Shown: piece after piece, positions 1-9,037 of the stretch
How positions within the stretch are numbered: the first letter of the stretch is position 1
Layout of the letters: each line of letters opens with the position of its first letter
Source: Candidatus Poseidoniaceae archaeon
GTDB taxonomy: Archaea; Thermoplasmatota; Poseidoniia; Poseidoniales; Poseidoniaceae
Length of the DNA: 64,000 bases
Assembly: GCA_964228815.1 (NCBI GenBank)
Contig: CAXRAL010000008.1
Location: 3,132-67,131, forward strand
Reading direction: 5' to 3'
Position numbers and translations under genes: made by a program
Notes under the pieces: generated by a model
The model's database searches: none
What the model saw: only the letters and a program-made list of their open reading frames with translations
Told to the model about the DNA's origin: nothing

Positions 1-150
1 CCGGTGGCGAAGGCCATGGCCGGTCGCCTCATGGACGACAACTACAGTGCGGACGAGATTTACTCGTTCTACGATGAACCCATTTCCGAAGAACAGGCCG
101 CCACGGTGCGCCAGCTTGACCGCCTGATTTTGGAGCGCGCTCACGCTTGA
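1..150 (+). CDS. C-terminal fragment of an unidentified protein (truncated by window edge)
   Basis: Frame +1 is open from position 1 to TGA at 148-150 (...DDNYSADEIYSFYDEPISEEQAATVRQLDRLILERAHA*). No domain recognised. Confidence 0.3.
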   Translation, partial: PVAKAMAGRLMDDNYSADEIYSFYDEPISEEQAATVRQLDRLILERAHA

Positions 151-230
151 GTGAAGGAACGAGCGGCCCACTGCGATGTTGGTTCCCCACGGTACGAACA
201 TGCGTGGGCTGAATTTGAAAGCGGTTTGAG

Positions 231-304
231 CGGCCCCACCGCGATTCGAACACGGGTTCGAGGCTCCGCAAGCCTCTGTGATATCCAAGCTACACTATAG
301 GGCC
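231..304 (-). tRNA. tRNA-Arg (anticodon GCG)
   Basis: Cloverleaf folded by hand on the minus strand. Acceptor GGCCCTA/TGGGGCC; D-arm GTG(T)/(T)CAC with a GG loop; anticodon stem GAGGC/GCCTC with loop TTGCGGA; 4-nt variable region; T-arm CCGTG-TTCGAAT-CGCGG; discriminator G. CCA is not encoded and there is no intron. Confidence 0.9.
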
Positions 305-397
305 ACTCCGCCCCACCGGCCACCCCAATATAAGCGCGAGGGTGAGCCTCTTGCGGGTGAAGCAAGGGTTCATTGGCGGCGACGCTGTGCTACTGGC

Positions 398-820
398 ATG
401 GCGGTCGAGATTCAACGCAAAGTTGAGTTCTCCATGATCGACATGGCCAACGTGGCCTATTACCCACGAATTTTTGATTTGGCCCACAAGGTGTTTGAGC
501 AAGCCTGGGAGGCCATGTGTGGCGTTTCCTACCCTTCACTGGTCAACGAGCGAAGGGTTGGGTTTCCCGTGGTGTCACTCACCTCCACCTTCCATGCCCC
601 GCTTCGCTACGGCGATACGATCACGGCTTCCGTGGCCATTTCCTCCATCGGAACGACCTCCCTTGCTTGGACCTACACCTTCGTGAACCAGCACGGTGAA
701 ACCGTTTGGACGTCGCAACAAGCCACGGTTTGCGTTGACATGGACACGATGGAAAAACAACCGATTCCCGACGACCTGCGACCGGGTTTGAATCAGCACC
801 TTGAGGAGGCGACGTCGTGA
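398..820 (+). CDS. Acyl-CoA thioesterase, 4HBT/YbgC-type hotdog fold
   Basis: About 140 aa from ATG 398 (MAVEIQRKVEFSMIDMANVAYYPRIFDL...GFPVVSLTSTFHAPLRYGD...), matching the YbgC/4HBT pattern from memory. The ORF-track start at 278 would overlap the tRNA. Confidence 0.65.
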   Translation: MAVEIQRKVEFSMIDMANVAYYPRIFDLAHKVFEQAWEAMCGVSYPSLVNERRVGFPVVSLTSTFHAPLRYGDTITASVAISSIGTTSLAWTYTFVNQHGETVWTSQQATVCVDMDTMEKQPIPDDLRPGLNQHLEEATS

Positions 821-1389
821 ACCCGGCATATCTGGAGGTTCGGCCTGATGAAAAGGGCCCGAAGAACCTCGCCGTCATTCTCCTGCTCAGTTCAATCATC
901 GTGGCCGGCATGGGTTGGCAGGACTGGCAACTTCACAACGACGGCCTGACCGACGAACAAATCGAGACGTTTCTCGCCACACCCAACAGCCAACCCGGTG
1001 AGCCAACCACCGTCGACCAGTACCGTGACTTCGAGACCGATGTTCGGGACAACAACGGCTACCTGGTACGAGGCGTTTCGTTGCTGATTTCATCCCTCTG
1101 CTTGCTGGTGGGTGCGCCCATGCTGTACCGCCTGCAACGCAACGGGGCGCGGTTGTGTTCCGCGGGCGCGCTCATCGGTTTGGTGGGCGGCTTGATTGGA
1201 AGCATGACCATCAACGATGCTGCACAAACCCATCTTGGCGATGCGATGAAACTCACCTACGAAATTTGGGTCTACCTCTGCGGCACCACCATGGGGTTGT
1301 GCCTTGCCGTTGCGGCGCTTCCTCTTCTCAACGTGCGGGCCCGCTTGGCGTTGCATCCAAGGGTGGAACTGCATCACGAAGACGAGTGA
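817..1389 (+). CDS. Hypothetical integral membrane protein (about 4 TM)
   Basis: GTG start overlaps the upstream stop (GTGA). About four hydrophobic segments by eye. No family recognised. Confidence 0.5.
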   Translation: MNPAYLEVRPDEKGPKNLAVILLLSSIIVAGMGWQDWQLHNDGLTDEQIETFLATPNSQPGEPTTVDQYRDFETDVRDNNGYLVRGVSLLISSLCLLVGAPMLYRLQRNGARLCSAGALIGLVGGLIGSMTINDAAQTHLGDAMKLTYEIWVYLCGTTMGLCLAVAALPLLNVRARLALHPRVELHHEDE

Positions 1390-1832
1390 TCGGTGGGTTT
1401 TGGCCACTTCTTTGCGAGTGCTTTGCGGAGTTCATCGTCCATCACGGCGTTCCACCAATCGCTGCCCTGCCAAATGGCGTATTTGCCCCGAATACCGCGC
1501 AGGTCGGCCCCTCCAAACTGACAGTTTCTGAAGTTGGAGAGGTTCAAGCGGGCTTTGCGTAAATCCGCTCCACGAAAGTCCGAACCGTCAAAGGCGGACT
1601 TCATCAAATCGGCTTCCACCATGGACGCTCTCCTAAAATCGCAGTGGGTAAAGTCGCCTTCCGTCAAGTCAGCCCGGTCAAAAATGGTGCGACGGAAGTT
1701 GGACCCTGCGTGCCGTCCTTTGCGAAGGAGGGCTTCGGTATGGTTTTGGAAGGAATAGTCCACCACAATGGCTTGTTCAGCGGTCGATTCGTCGTCCCGT
1801 GGGTCGCCTTGTCCGCCGCCCGACATCACCAT
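1374..1832 (-). CDS. Pentapeptide-repeat protein
   Basis: Runs of A(D/N)LxX pentapeptides (ADLTEGDFTHCDFRRASMVEADLMKSAFDGSDFRGADLRKARLNLSNFRNCQFGGADLRG). ATG 1832 avoids overlap with the upstream gene; the ORF itself is open to 1865. Confidence 0.75.
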   Translation of the reverse strand: MVMSGGGQGDPRDDESTAEQAIVVDYSFQNHTEALLRKGRHAGSNFRRTIFDRADLTEGDFTHCDFRRASMVEADLMKSAFDGSDFRGADLRKARLNLSNFRNCQFGGADLRGIRGKYAIWQGSDWWNAVMDDELRKALAKKWPKPTDHSSS

Positions 1833-1842
1833 GTTGTCCACC

Positions 1843-2346
1843 TCAAGCGTTGGAGCGCTTGTCAAGGTGGGCTTGGCCTTCGGGTGTAAGGATTGCGAAC
1901 CGGTTCTTGTCGTCCTTTCCGGTTGGAACCATGAGGAAGTTTCGCTCCTTCAGGCGGTTCAGATAAAGTGAGAGGTTCCCGGGGGGGTCAATCCCTGCGT
2001 CGGTGAACAAGTCGTTCACCACACGAGGCGGACTGTCGCTGATGCCCTCGACGTCTCGAAGGTAGTGAATGGCCCCGAGAACCTGATCGGGTTTTCGGGT
2101 TAGCGCACAGTTTTCGAGCAACGCACGGAATGCCGATCCTCGCTCGGGGAGTCCGGCGTCACGTGCCGCTGAGACCGCAGCTTCAAGCGCTGCCTCTCGT
2201 GCTTCTCGGATGCGTTCGAGCAGCACCGTCCAGGTGTGCTCCGTTTTGGTTTGGAGCAACTGCTCGTCAATCTGGATGGCTGCACCCTCCAAATCGATTT
2301 CGACGTCGCCCGCTTGAATCGTGAGTCTCAATATCCACGCCCTCAA
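1843..2346 (-). CDS. Hypothetical protein with a possible C-terminal winged-helix domain
   Basis: 167-aa ORF. The C-terminus (LSLYLNRLKERNFLMVPTGKDDKNRFAILTPEGQAHL) looks like a MarR/PadR-type wHTH. The N-terminal half is unassigned. Confidence 0.45.
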   Translation of the reverse strand: MRAWILRLTIQAGDVEIDLEGAAIQIDEQLLQTKTEHTWTVLLERIREAREAALEAAVSAARDAGLPERGSAFRALLENCALTRKPDQVLGAIHYLRDVEGISDSPPRVVNDLFTDAGIDPPGNLSLYLNRLKERNFLMVPTGKDDKNRFAILTPEGQAHLDKRSNA

Positions 2347-2476
2347 TGGTTGAATGCGTTGTGGTCATTGATAACATTATGTTGAGAAAAAAAATACATT
2401 TTTGCAGCATAAACAGGGTTCACCAAGGCAAAACCGACATAAGAGGGAGGGGGACACAACGGAGCGAGGCCTTCCC

Positions 2477-5400
2477 GTGATTCGACGCCAGTTCCTTGGA
2501 TTGCTCTTCGTGTTCTTGTTCCTTGCACCGGCGTGGTCGGTCATGTTTGCACAAGCTCAAGGCGGTAGCATCAGCACATTCTCGACGGGAAGTGCCAGCG
2601 AAACCGTCACCATCACTTCTGGACAGCATGCAGCCGTTGGTTTTGAGTTGAGTCGAAACACGACCGTCACCTCAGCCACGTTCTTCGTCACGCCCACCAC
2701 CTCGGGCTCATCGGTTGGAACATTGGAAATCCATGCCAACAACGACGGCGCTCCAGAATGGGCCTTCAACGACACGGGCTACGGCCATTTCGGCCAACAA
2801 ACCGTGTTTGCGTCAGGAAATGCCACGGAGACCCTCTTCATCGACCCGAATGTCGGTGCCGCCACCAACCCCTCTGCACCCTCGTTCTACCTTCCTACCG
2901 GGGCCAGCGTTTCAAGCACGGGCTACGATGTTGGCTTTTCACCGACGCTGACGGGCGGTTATTTTCAGACCGGCTACATTCATGCTGTCGACAAGGGCGA
3001 CATCAACAACGACAACAACACGGACTTCGCCTTGCTTTCCCGAACAGCCAACGTTTCCGTGGGAGGCACCACGGCACCTGCCTACACGACGGCAGCCGCC
3101 TTCAAGGTCAGCACCTACGACACCACCACTGGCATTACCTTCTCCTCATGGGAACGCACGTGCACCAACGCCACCCGAATCATCGTGGCCGATGTGGACG
3201 GCGACAACTACGATGACGTGGTCGGCTACGCACCGGGCGACGACCAGTTGTGCATTCATTTCACGAACACGACCTCGGGTGGCTTCAAGCCCGTGGTGAA
3301 CGTCACCCACGCTTCCAGCATCATCGACCTTGACTTCGGTGATTTCACCGGAAACGGCGTGGACGAGATGGTCTCCATTCGCTCCAACGGCGTGGTTCAG
3401 GTTGATGAATTCAGCAACCGGTCCAACACCTTCACCTCCCGGGGAAGCGCCACCGTCCAAATTGCAGGGACAACCAATCCTGCCACGCTGACGCACATGC
3501 TGTTTGCACGGTTTGCTGGAACACAGAACAACCCAACCCTCATCGCGGCTCAGGCCAACGGGGACGCCAACGAGGTGTTTTGGTCGCCCAGCACATCTGA
3601 TGTCTCCGTCGGAACCAGCGTCATCTCAGGGGTTGCTTCCGGTTCCATCGTCGGTAATTTCGACGCCGATCAGGATTTGGACATCTTGGCCCCTCGTCCC
3701 TCAGGTCATCGTTCCATCGAAAACCGGGGCGTTCTCGGCTGGGATGGCGACAATCACAACCGGTTGTTGACACTGACCAACGCCACCATTTTGGATTACG
3801 ACATGGACCTTGATGCCCATCTTCTCGTCCCCAACCAAGGGAGCCCAGACGGCAACCCCGCCACGGTCACCGGCAACATTACCGCCTACGGGTTCACCAG
3901 TTCTGGGAATTCAGCGAATCGTGTGAGCGGCACAGCCTCCAATGTGTTTTTCCCCGGAACGGCTCCACGCGCTGTTCACTACGGTGACATGGACGGCGAC
4001 GGCTCAAACGAGCACCTCGTCCTCGTCGGCGAGGGTTCGCAGTACGGTGTGTTTATCTCTGCCTATCACAAGGTCGGCTACGACATGGACCAAGACGGGC
4101 AGGCAGACGTTGAAGCAGAAGGCTACGCAGGAAACGGGAGCAATGGTTTGTCCATGTTGATGATCCAGGACAACACTGGAAACCTCACCCAGACCCTCAA
4201 TGTCCTCAGCCCGGGCCTTCCCTACACCTCGGACGATTACGGCATCCAGATGGGCTGGGTGAACTTCTCCATGCATTCCCTCACGAAGGGCGACTTTACC
4301 TTCAGTGGTCTCGACATTCGATACACGGCAGAGTTCCTGGTGAACACCAACCCCAGCCTTGCCGGAAACTTGAGCAACGCGCTTAACCAACAGATGACAG
4401 CCGGAACGGGAACGTTGACCGTACCGCTCCAATTCAACACCTCGGCCGACGGGAGTTTTGTCATCAAGAACCCGTCCGTCGCCTACGTGGACGGCGCACC
4501 CAACATTGCGCTTCCACCTACGCCCGTGCTCCAACTCTCGGACGTGCAACCCGACCGCGTGGTCATTGATTGGCAACCCATCACCGACTTCGGAGACGAT
4601 CTGCTGGACTTCGCCATCTATCGGTCGCCCACTGGCCAAGCCGTTGACCTGCAAACCTCCTACGCCACGACCCTGGCGAACAACACCATCGACGTCGCCG
4701 TCCAACCCGGTCAATCTTGGACCTACTGGGTGCAGAGCATCCATCGGTTTGGTGTCACCAGCAATCTCTCGGCCCCGTTGAGTGTATCAATTCCTTATCC
4801 AACGCCCAAGTCCTACATTCCCAACGTGTCGGCCATCGACGTGCCGGACGATGAGGGCGGTGTCATGGCCATCTCGTGGAGCTCAGGCGATGCCTCCATC
4901 GTTGAACATCTCGTGTACCTTCTACCAAACGACTTCACGGACGTTGCTGGCCTGGACACCGTCTTGACGACCAACGCAACGACCCTGTCCCTCAGCACTG
5001 AGCAGGACAGTACGGGCGCTTCGCTTGTTGATGGCCTTGCCTACTACGTCGCCGCCATCGGCGTTGACGTGTACGGTAATGCCTCCACCAACGTCACCAC
5101 CATCGGGCCGATTTACACCCGAAACGACACGGCGTTGCCAACCACCCTCGATGTCGCTTACACGGACTTCTCCGACAACACGCTTGACGGGCTGGTCCTC
5201 CTCGCTCGCTCGCAACCGCTCAACGGCCTCGCCCACCTGCATCAAGACGGGACCGGCATCGCTGGTGCAACGTTGCTCCTGAAGGTCAACGGCCTTGATG
5301 AGTCGTACTCGATGGAGTTGACCACGAACGAAACCGGACATGCTGTGATTTCCCTCAATGCTCTCTCGGAGCTTGGACCCATTGACGCCGTCGGTCCGAT

Positions 5401-6823
5401 GCACCTTAACATGACCTGGGAAGGCGATGTGGGTAACGCCACCGTCCAACCCCTCGCACCGACGACGGCCTCAGCCGAAGCTTTCGGGACGGTCGTGGTT
5501 TCGCTTTCGGCCGAGGGACCCGTCGCTGTTGACGATGCGGGGGCATTTTCCACCGTGATCGACGTTGAGGCCGAAGACAGCACGCAAAGCATGTACTTGG
5601 CCAACATGGCGGTCAAGTGGCACGCCACCGACGCATCTGGAACCGAGACTGAGAACGGCACGGCTGAAGTCCGAGGAAACGAACTGACCATCGGAGGCAT
5701 CGGCGCCTACGACGGCCGTTTGGTGGTCAAACTCGGGACCTCACCTCCGACGTTCTACCTTCCAGAATTTTCCAACTCGTTTGCCTTTGCTTCGGCACCT
5801 GATGCGGGCAACGAAACCAACACCACCAACGAGACCAACCAGACCACCGGCCCGACATTCCCCGACGTGACCCTTCCCGCCACCGTTGATTGCGGTACGG
5901 CCACCTACGAATGGGACAGCAACGCCACGGACGTTGGCATCACCTGTACGGTCACCAACCCAAACCCCTTCGACGTCATGGTTGGATTCGCATGGAAGGT
6001 CATTCCCGGCACGCCGCCCCCCATCGAATTGGTCTGGAACGAGGCCGCTGGCCCTTCGGTGACGGTGGAAGCCAACGGAAGTGTTGACGTGACCTTCTCA
6101 TTGGTTCGCAATGCCCCAACGGAGGGCATGTTCCCTGGTCTCCAAGGCGAGGGCTACATCATCTCCCTCACCTGTCTTGACGTAGGAGATGACGCCTGCG
6201 ATTCGATGACCGAGGACACGGCTTCCACCGAGGGAGAAATTGTCTGGACGCTCGGTGAGATGCCCGTGCAGGTCGTTGACGACGACCCCATTGAAGACGA
6301 GGCTGAAGGTGCGATGACGCCCGTTTTGGTCGGCATCGGCCTTTTCATCGCCATCGCAGTTGGCGTGGGTGGCGTGCTCTACCTTCGAAGCCGTGGCGAC
6401 CTGGACTTTGATGACGACGATGACGACGAGGAGGATTATTTCGAGCAAGCCTTGGCTGCCCCCGAACCGTCGACTCGCTCAAAGAGCGTCGACCTTGGCG
6501 CCTCCAAATCACTTGACGAACTGAAGGGTTCAGGCAAATCGCTCCACAGCGATGCACCTGAAGGACTGGCCGCCTCTCCCTCGCTGGGAAGCAGCGCTGA
6601 TGCGTTTGAGTTCGGCGCCACTGCAGAAGATGCGGTTTCGGCCGAGGAAGCGGAGGATGCAGAAGCGTCCTACGACGAAGAGGAAACGTGGGACGAAGAA
6701 GCCACCGAAGAAGACGACGGTATTTCGGTCGACGAGAACGGCACAGAGTGGTGGGAAGACGAGGATGGTACCTGGTGGTACCGCGAAGAAGGTTGGGAAG
6801 ACTGGGCCGTCTGGGAAGAATGA
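2477..6823 (+). CDS. Giant type-I surface protein: FG-GAP/VCBS-like repeats, FN3-like modules, C-terminal TM and acidic Trp-rich tail
   Basis: Probable GTG start at 2477 gives signal peptide VIRRQFLGLLFVFLFLAPAWSVMFAQA (the ORF opens at TTG 2402). Ca-binding-type repeats: DINNDNNTDFAL, DVDGDNYDDVVGY, GDFTGNGVDEMV, GNFDADQDLDIL, GDMDGDGSNEHLV. Many N-x-S/T sequons. TM helix VLVGIGLFIAIAVGVGGVLYL at 6314-6385, followed by a 145-aa tail. Confidence 0.85.
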   Translation: MIRRQFLGLLFVFLFLAPAWSVMFAQAQGGSISTFSTGSASETVTITSGQHAAVGFELSRNTTVTSATFFVTPTTSGSSVGTLEIHANNDGAPEWAFNDTGYGHFGQQTVFASGNATETLFIDPNVGAATNPSAPSFYLPTGASVSSTGYDVGFSPTLTGGYFQTGYIHAVDKGDINNDNNTDFALLSRTANVSVGGTTAPAYTTAAAFKVSTYDTTTGITFSSWERTCTNATRIIVADVDGDNYDDVVGYAPGDDQLCIHFTNTTSGGFKPVVNVTHASSIIDLDFGDFTGNGVDEMVSIRSNGVVQVDEFSNRSNTFTSRGSATVQIAGTTNPATLTHMLFARFAGTQNNPTLIAAQANGDANEVFWSPSTSDVSVGTSVISGVASGSIVGNFDADQDLDILAPRPSGHRSIENRGVLGWDGDNHNRLLTLTNATILDYDMDLDAHLLVPNQGSPDGNPATVTGNITAYGFTSSGNSANRVSGTASNVFFPGTAPRAVHYGDMDGDGSNEHLVLVGEGSQYGVFISAYHKVGYDMDQDGQADVEAEGYAGNGSNGLSMLMIQDNTGNLTQTLNVLSPGLPYTSDDYGIQMGWVNFSMHSLTKGDFTFSGLDIRYTAEFLVNTNPSLAGNLSNALNQQMTAGTGTLTVPLQFNTSADGSFVIKNPSVAYVDGAPNIALPPTPVLQLSDVQPDRVVIDWQPITDFGDDLLDFAIYRSPTGQAVDLQTSYATTLANNTIDVAVQPGQSWTYWVQSIHRFGVTSNLSAPLSVSIPYPTPKSYIPNVSAIDVPDDEGGVMAISWSSGDASIVEHLVYLLPNDFTDVAGLDTVLTTNATTLSLSTEQDSTGASLVDGLAYYVAAIGVDVYGNASTNVTTIGPIYTRNDTALPTTLDVAYTDFSDNTLDGLVLLARSQPLNGLAHLHQDGTGIAGATLLLKVNGLDESYSMELTTNETGHAVISLNALSELGPIDAVGPMHLNMTWEGDVGNATVQPLAPTTASAEAFGTVVVSLSAEGPVAVDDAGAFSTVIDVEAEDSTQSMYLANMAVKWHATDASGTETENGTAEVRGNELTIGGIGAYDGRLVVKLGTSPPTFYLPEFSNSFAFASAPDAGNETNTTNETNQTTGPTFPDVTLPATVDCGTATYEWDSNATDVGITCTVTNPNPFDVMVGFAWKVIPGTPPPIELVWNEAAGPSVTVEANGSVDVTFSLVRNAPTEGMFPGLQGEGYIISLTCLDVGDDACDSMTEDTASTEGEIVWTLGEMPVQVVDDDPIEDEAEGAMTPVLVGIGLFIAIAVGVGGVLYLRSRGDLDFDDDDDDEEDYFEQALAAPEPSTRSKSVDLGASKSLDELKGSGKSLHSDAPEGLAASPSLGSSADAFEFGATAEDAVSAEEAEDAEASYDEEETWDEEATEEDDGISVDENGTEWWEDEDGTWWYREEGWEDWAVWEE

Positions 6824-6879
6824 GCCACCCGTGAGCCTTTTTACAGGACCTTGATTGGAAAGAAAACGGAGGGAGTACC

Positions 6880-7638
6880 ATGGATGCAAATCTGCAATCC
6901 TATGCCTTGGTTCTCCACCAAGATGCCGACCCACGAACGGGCGGGACGGCTGTGTGCGGATTCACCACCGCTGGGATGGTGGGTGTGATCTCAACGTCCC
7001 ACATCATCAAAACCCTGGGGCTTCGCCAACTTGGCACGGTCATGAACAAGGATTTCCCGGCGGTTGCATTGATTCACGACGAGGTGCCTAAGCACCCGGT
7101 TCGCGTCTATCAGGGCGACGGCATCGGTGTCTTCACGTCTGAAATTCAATTTGGCAACGAAACGGACATTCCGTTCGCTACCACGGTGCTTGAGTGGTTC
7201 ACCAAGGGCGGCTTTGACCGGCTGATCATCATCGACGGCCTGACCCGTCCTGAGAAAGAGCTCAGCACCGGCGAATTGTTCGGCGTCGGGTCCACACCTG
7301 CCGCACGAGAGCGCCTCAAGCGCCTTGACATCGAACCCATTCAGCAGGGCATCGTCTCCGGTATTACCGGCTTCTTGCTGGGCGAGGGCGACCGACTCGG
7401 CATTGACATCACGGCGCTGCTGTCCGAAGCCAGCCCGATGTACCCCGACGCCCGGGCCGCAGCGCTGGCCGTGGAAGCCGTAAGCGACCTCACCGGTCTT
7501 GAAATTCCGCTCACGGAACTGATCGAGAACGCTCGCTCCATCGAGGACAGCGTGCGGGACATCATCGAGAACGCGTCGCAAATGCTTCCGGCGCCCGAAG
7601 ACGATAACGTGACGGATGTCGACCCGTCGTTCGGTTGA
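6880..7638 (+). CDS. PAC2-family proteasome assembly chaperone (PbaA/PbaB-like)
   Basis: 252 aa, with GGTAVCGFTTAGMVGVISTSHIIKTLGL...PAVALIHDEVPKHPVRVY typical of the PAC2 family as remembered. GGAGGG lies 8 nt upstream of the ATG. Confidence 0.7.
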   Translation: MDANLQSYALVLHQDADPRTGGTAVCGFTTAGMVGVISTSHIIKTLGLRQLGTVMNKDFPAVALIHDEVPKHPVRVYQGDGIGVFTSEIQFGNETDIPFATTVLEWFTKGGFDRLIIIDGLTRPEKELSTGELFGVGSTPAARERLKRLDIEPIQQGIVSGITGFLLGEGDRLGIDITALLSEASPMYPDARAAALAVEAVSDLTGLEIPLTELIENARSIEDSVRDIIENASQMLPAPEDDNVTDVDPSFG

Positions 7639-7641
7639 CGC

Positions 7642-8988
7642 TTAATCAGCGAGCAACGTTCGTACCGTTTTGATGACATCATCGTGAGGGGCATCGGTGA
7701 CGAAAAACGGGTCAATGTCGGGCACCCTTGCGGCGGCGTGACCCTCGTTGACAAGCGCTTCAAACAACACCTCCATTTTGGGTGCTTGACCAGTGCCAGC
7801 CATGTTGGGCACATCGTCCATGTGATACAAGGTGTGTTCACGGCTCATCAAATCGGCAGCCTCGGCGATGTAGCGAACGCTTCGACGAAGCTCACGTTGC
7901 GCATACTCTGAGTCTTCCTCGTTCCAATCCAGCCCATGATGGCGATGGTCGGCGAGTTCCTCCCTCGTCGGAAAGCAAGTCTGGATGGCACGTTCTTCGG
8001 TCATTCGACCGGCGATGTCCTTGTCCCACAGCGGGCCGATCCACATGGGGCCGCTGGCTTTGCTGACCTCATCGGGCGTGGGGTGTTGCACAAATCGATA
8101 CGTTCCATCTTCGTTGCGAACTCGCCACCCCATGCATTGGAGGACGTCGGAAGCACCCTCACGGCTGCGACGAATTTTCACGCTCACCCGTACATGGTGT
8201 CCGTCAAACAAGGCCAGAACGGGTTCAACGCATCGGTCATGGCGCGCAGCCGTGGTGGCGATGAGGCCGAGGAGCACTCGGACCGCATCGTCGTGAGCGT
8301 AGCTGTCCACGATGCCTTTCGTACCGTAGCGTCGCTGCCCCGAGGAAGCGCTTGACCCGGTTAACGCCGCCGTGTCGGTGGCTGTCACCTCAAGGAAGGC
8401 CACACGAGACAGGCCCTGAACGGCAGCGTCGAGGAAGTTGACGGGAGAACCAAACGGGTCAAGGTCGACCCACTGGTAGGCCGCTTCCATCAGGGCGATT
8501 CGTGCATCGTTGTTCATCACGAACAGCCCGTTGTGCATGGTGCCGCTTGGCAGTCGCTCGTAGCGGTCATCCTCCAGCGCATGGTCAACACGGGTGGTTG
8601 GTGGGTGTTGTTCATGCGCAGCGATGAGCCGGTTGAGGGCCACGTTGTCAAGGTCGTTGGCGGTAATTCGCAGGCGTTGCTGGTGCTCGGCGGGCACTTC
8701 GTTTCGCCATCGGCGTACACGAACCCCCGTGGCGCACAACGCATCCAAGGCCCGGAGGTCGTGGTTTGGCTTGACCAACCAGTCGTGCTCCAGTGCATCC
8801 GCCAACAGGAGCACGGAGCGGGTCCGAGCAGGTGCCATGGCGGGGTTGAGGAAGCCAGGACCCGTGCGTTTGGCGGGTCCTCGTGGCATGTGCGTCGGGC
8901 GATCTTGGTCGGCGCTCAGTTGGACCAGCGTCTTGCCTTCCATCCAGAGGTGGCCGTCGCGCTCGGTTGAACCAGAAGCGTCGGCCAT
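7642..8988 (-). CDS. trm1: tRNA (guanine(26)-N2)-dimethyltransferase Trm1
   Basis: FLNPAMAPARTRSV and the DPFGSPVNFLDAAV motifs, with the size (448 aa) of archaeal/eukaryal Trm1. An alternative start is ATG 8943 (MEGKTLV). Confidence 0.85.
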   Translation of the reverse strand: MADASGSTERDGHLWMEGKTLVQLSADQDRPTHMPRGPAKRTGPGFLNPAMAPARTRSVLLLADALEHDWLVKPNHDLRALDALCATGVRVRRWRNEVPAEHQQRLRITANDLDNVALNRLIAAHEQHPPTTRVDHALEDDRYERLPSGTMHNGLFVMNNDARIALMEAAYQWVDLDPFGSPVNFLDAAVQGLSRVAFLEVTATDTAALTGSSASSGQRRYGTKGIVDSYAHDDAVRVLLGLIATTAARHDRCVEPVLALFDGHHVRVSVKIRRSREGASDVLQCMGWRVRNEDGTYRFVQHPTPDEVSKASGPMWIGPLWDKDIAGRMTEERAIQTCFPTREELADHRHHGLDWNEEDSEYAQRELRRSVRYIAEAADLMSREHTLYHMDDVPNMAGTGQAPKMEVLFEALVNEGHAAARVPDIDPFFVTDAPHDDVIKTVRTLLAD

Positions 8989-9037
8989 GGCCTTGCCAGC
9001 GCCCTCTCCCTCATGACCGCACCGATGCGGACGGCCT

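Noticed and set aside
1-304. tRNA-Arg as an integration hotspot or genomic-island border
   Set aside because: No integrase is present, and there is no duplicated tRNA 3' segment or compositional break next to it within the window. The flanking genes look like ordinary housekeeping genes.
278-397. N-terminal 40 codons of the ORF-track 278-820 ORF
   Set aside because: This stretch overlaps the tRNA-Arg gene on the opposite strand and has no thioesterase similarity. The hotdog-fold sequence starts at ATG 398.
2402-2476. TTG 2402 start of the first giant protein
   Set aside because: The first 25 codons (QHKQGSPRQNRHKREGDTTERGLP) precede the obvious signal peptide. GTG 2477, with GAGG upstream, gives a normal N-terminus. 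The upstream stretch is more likely 5' UTR.
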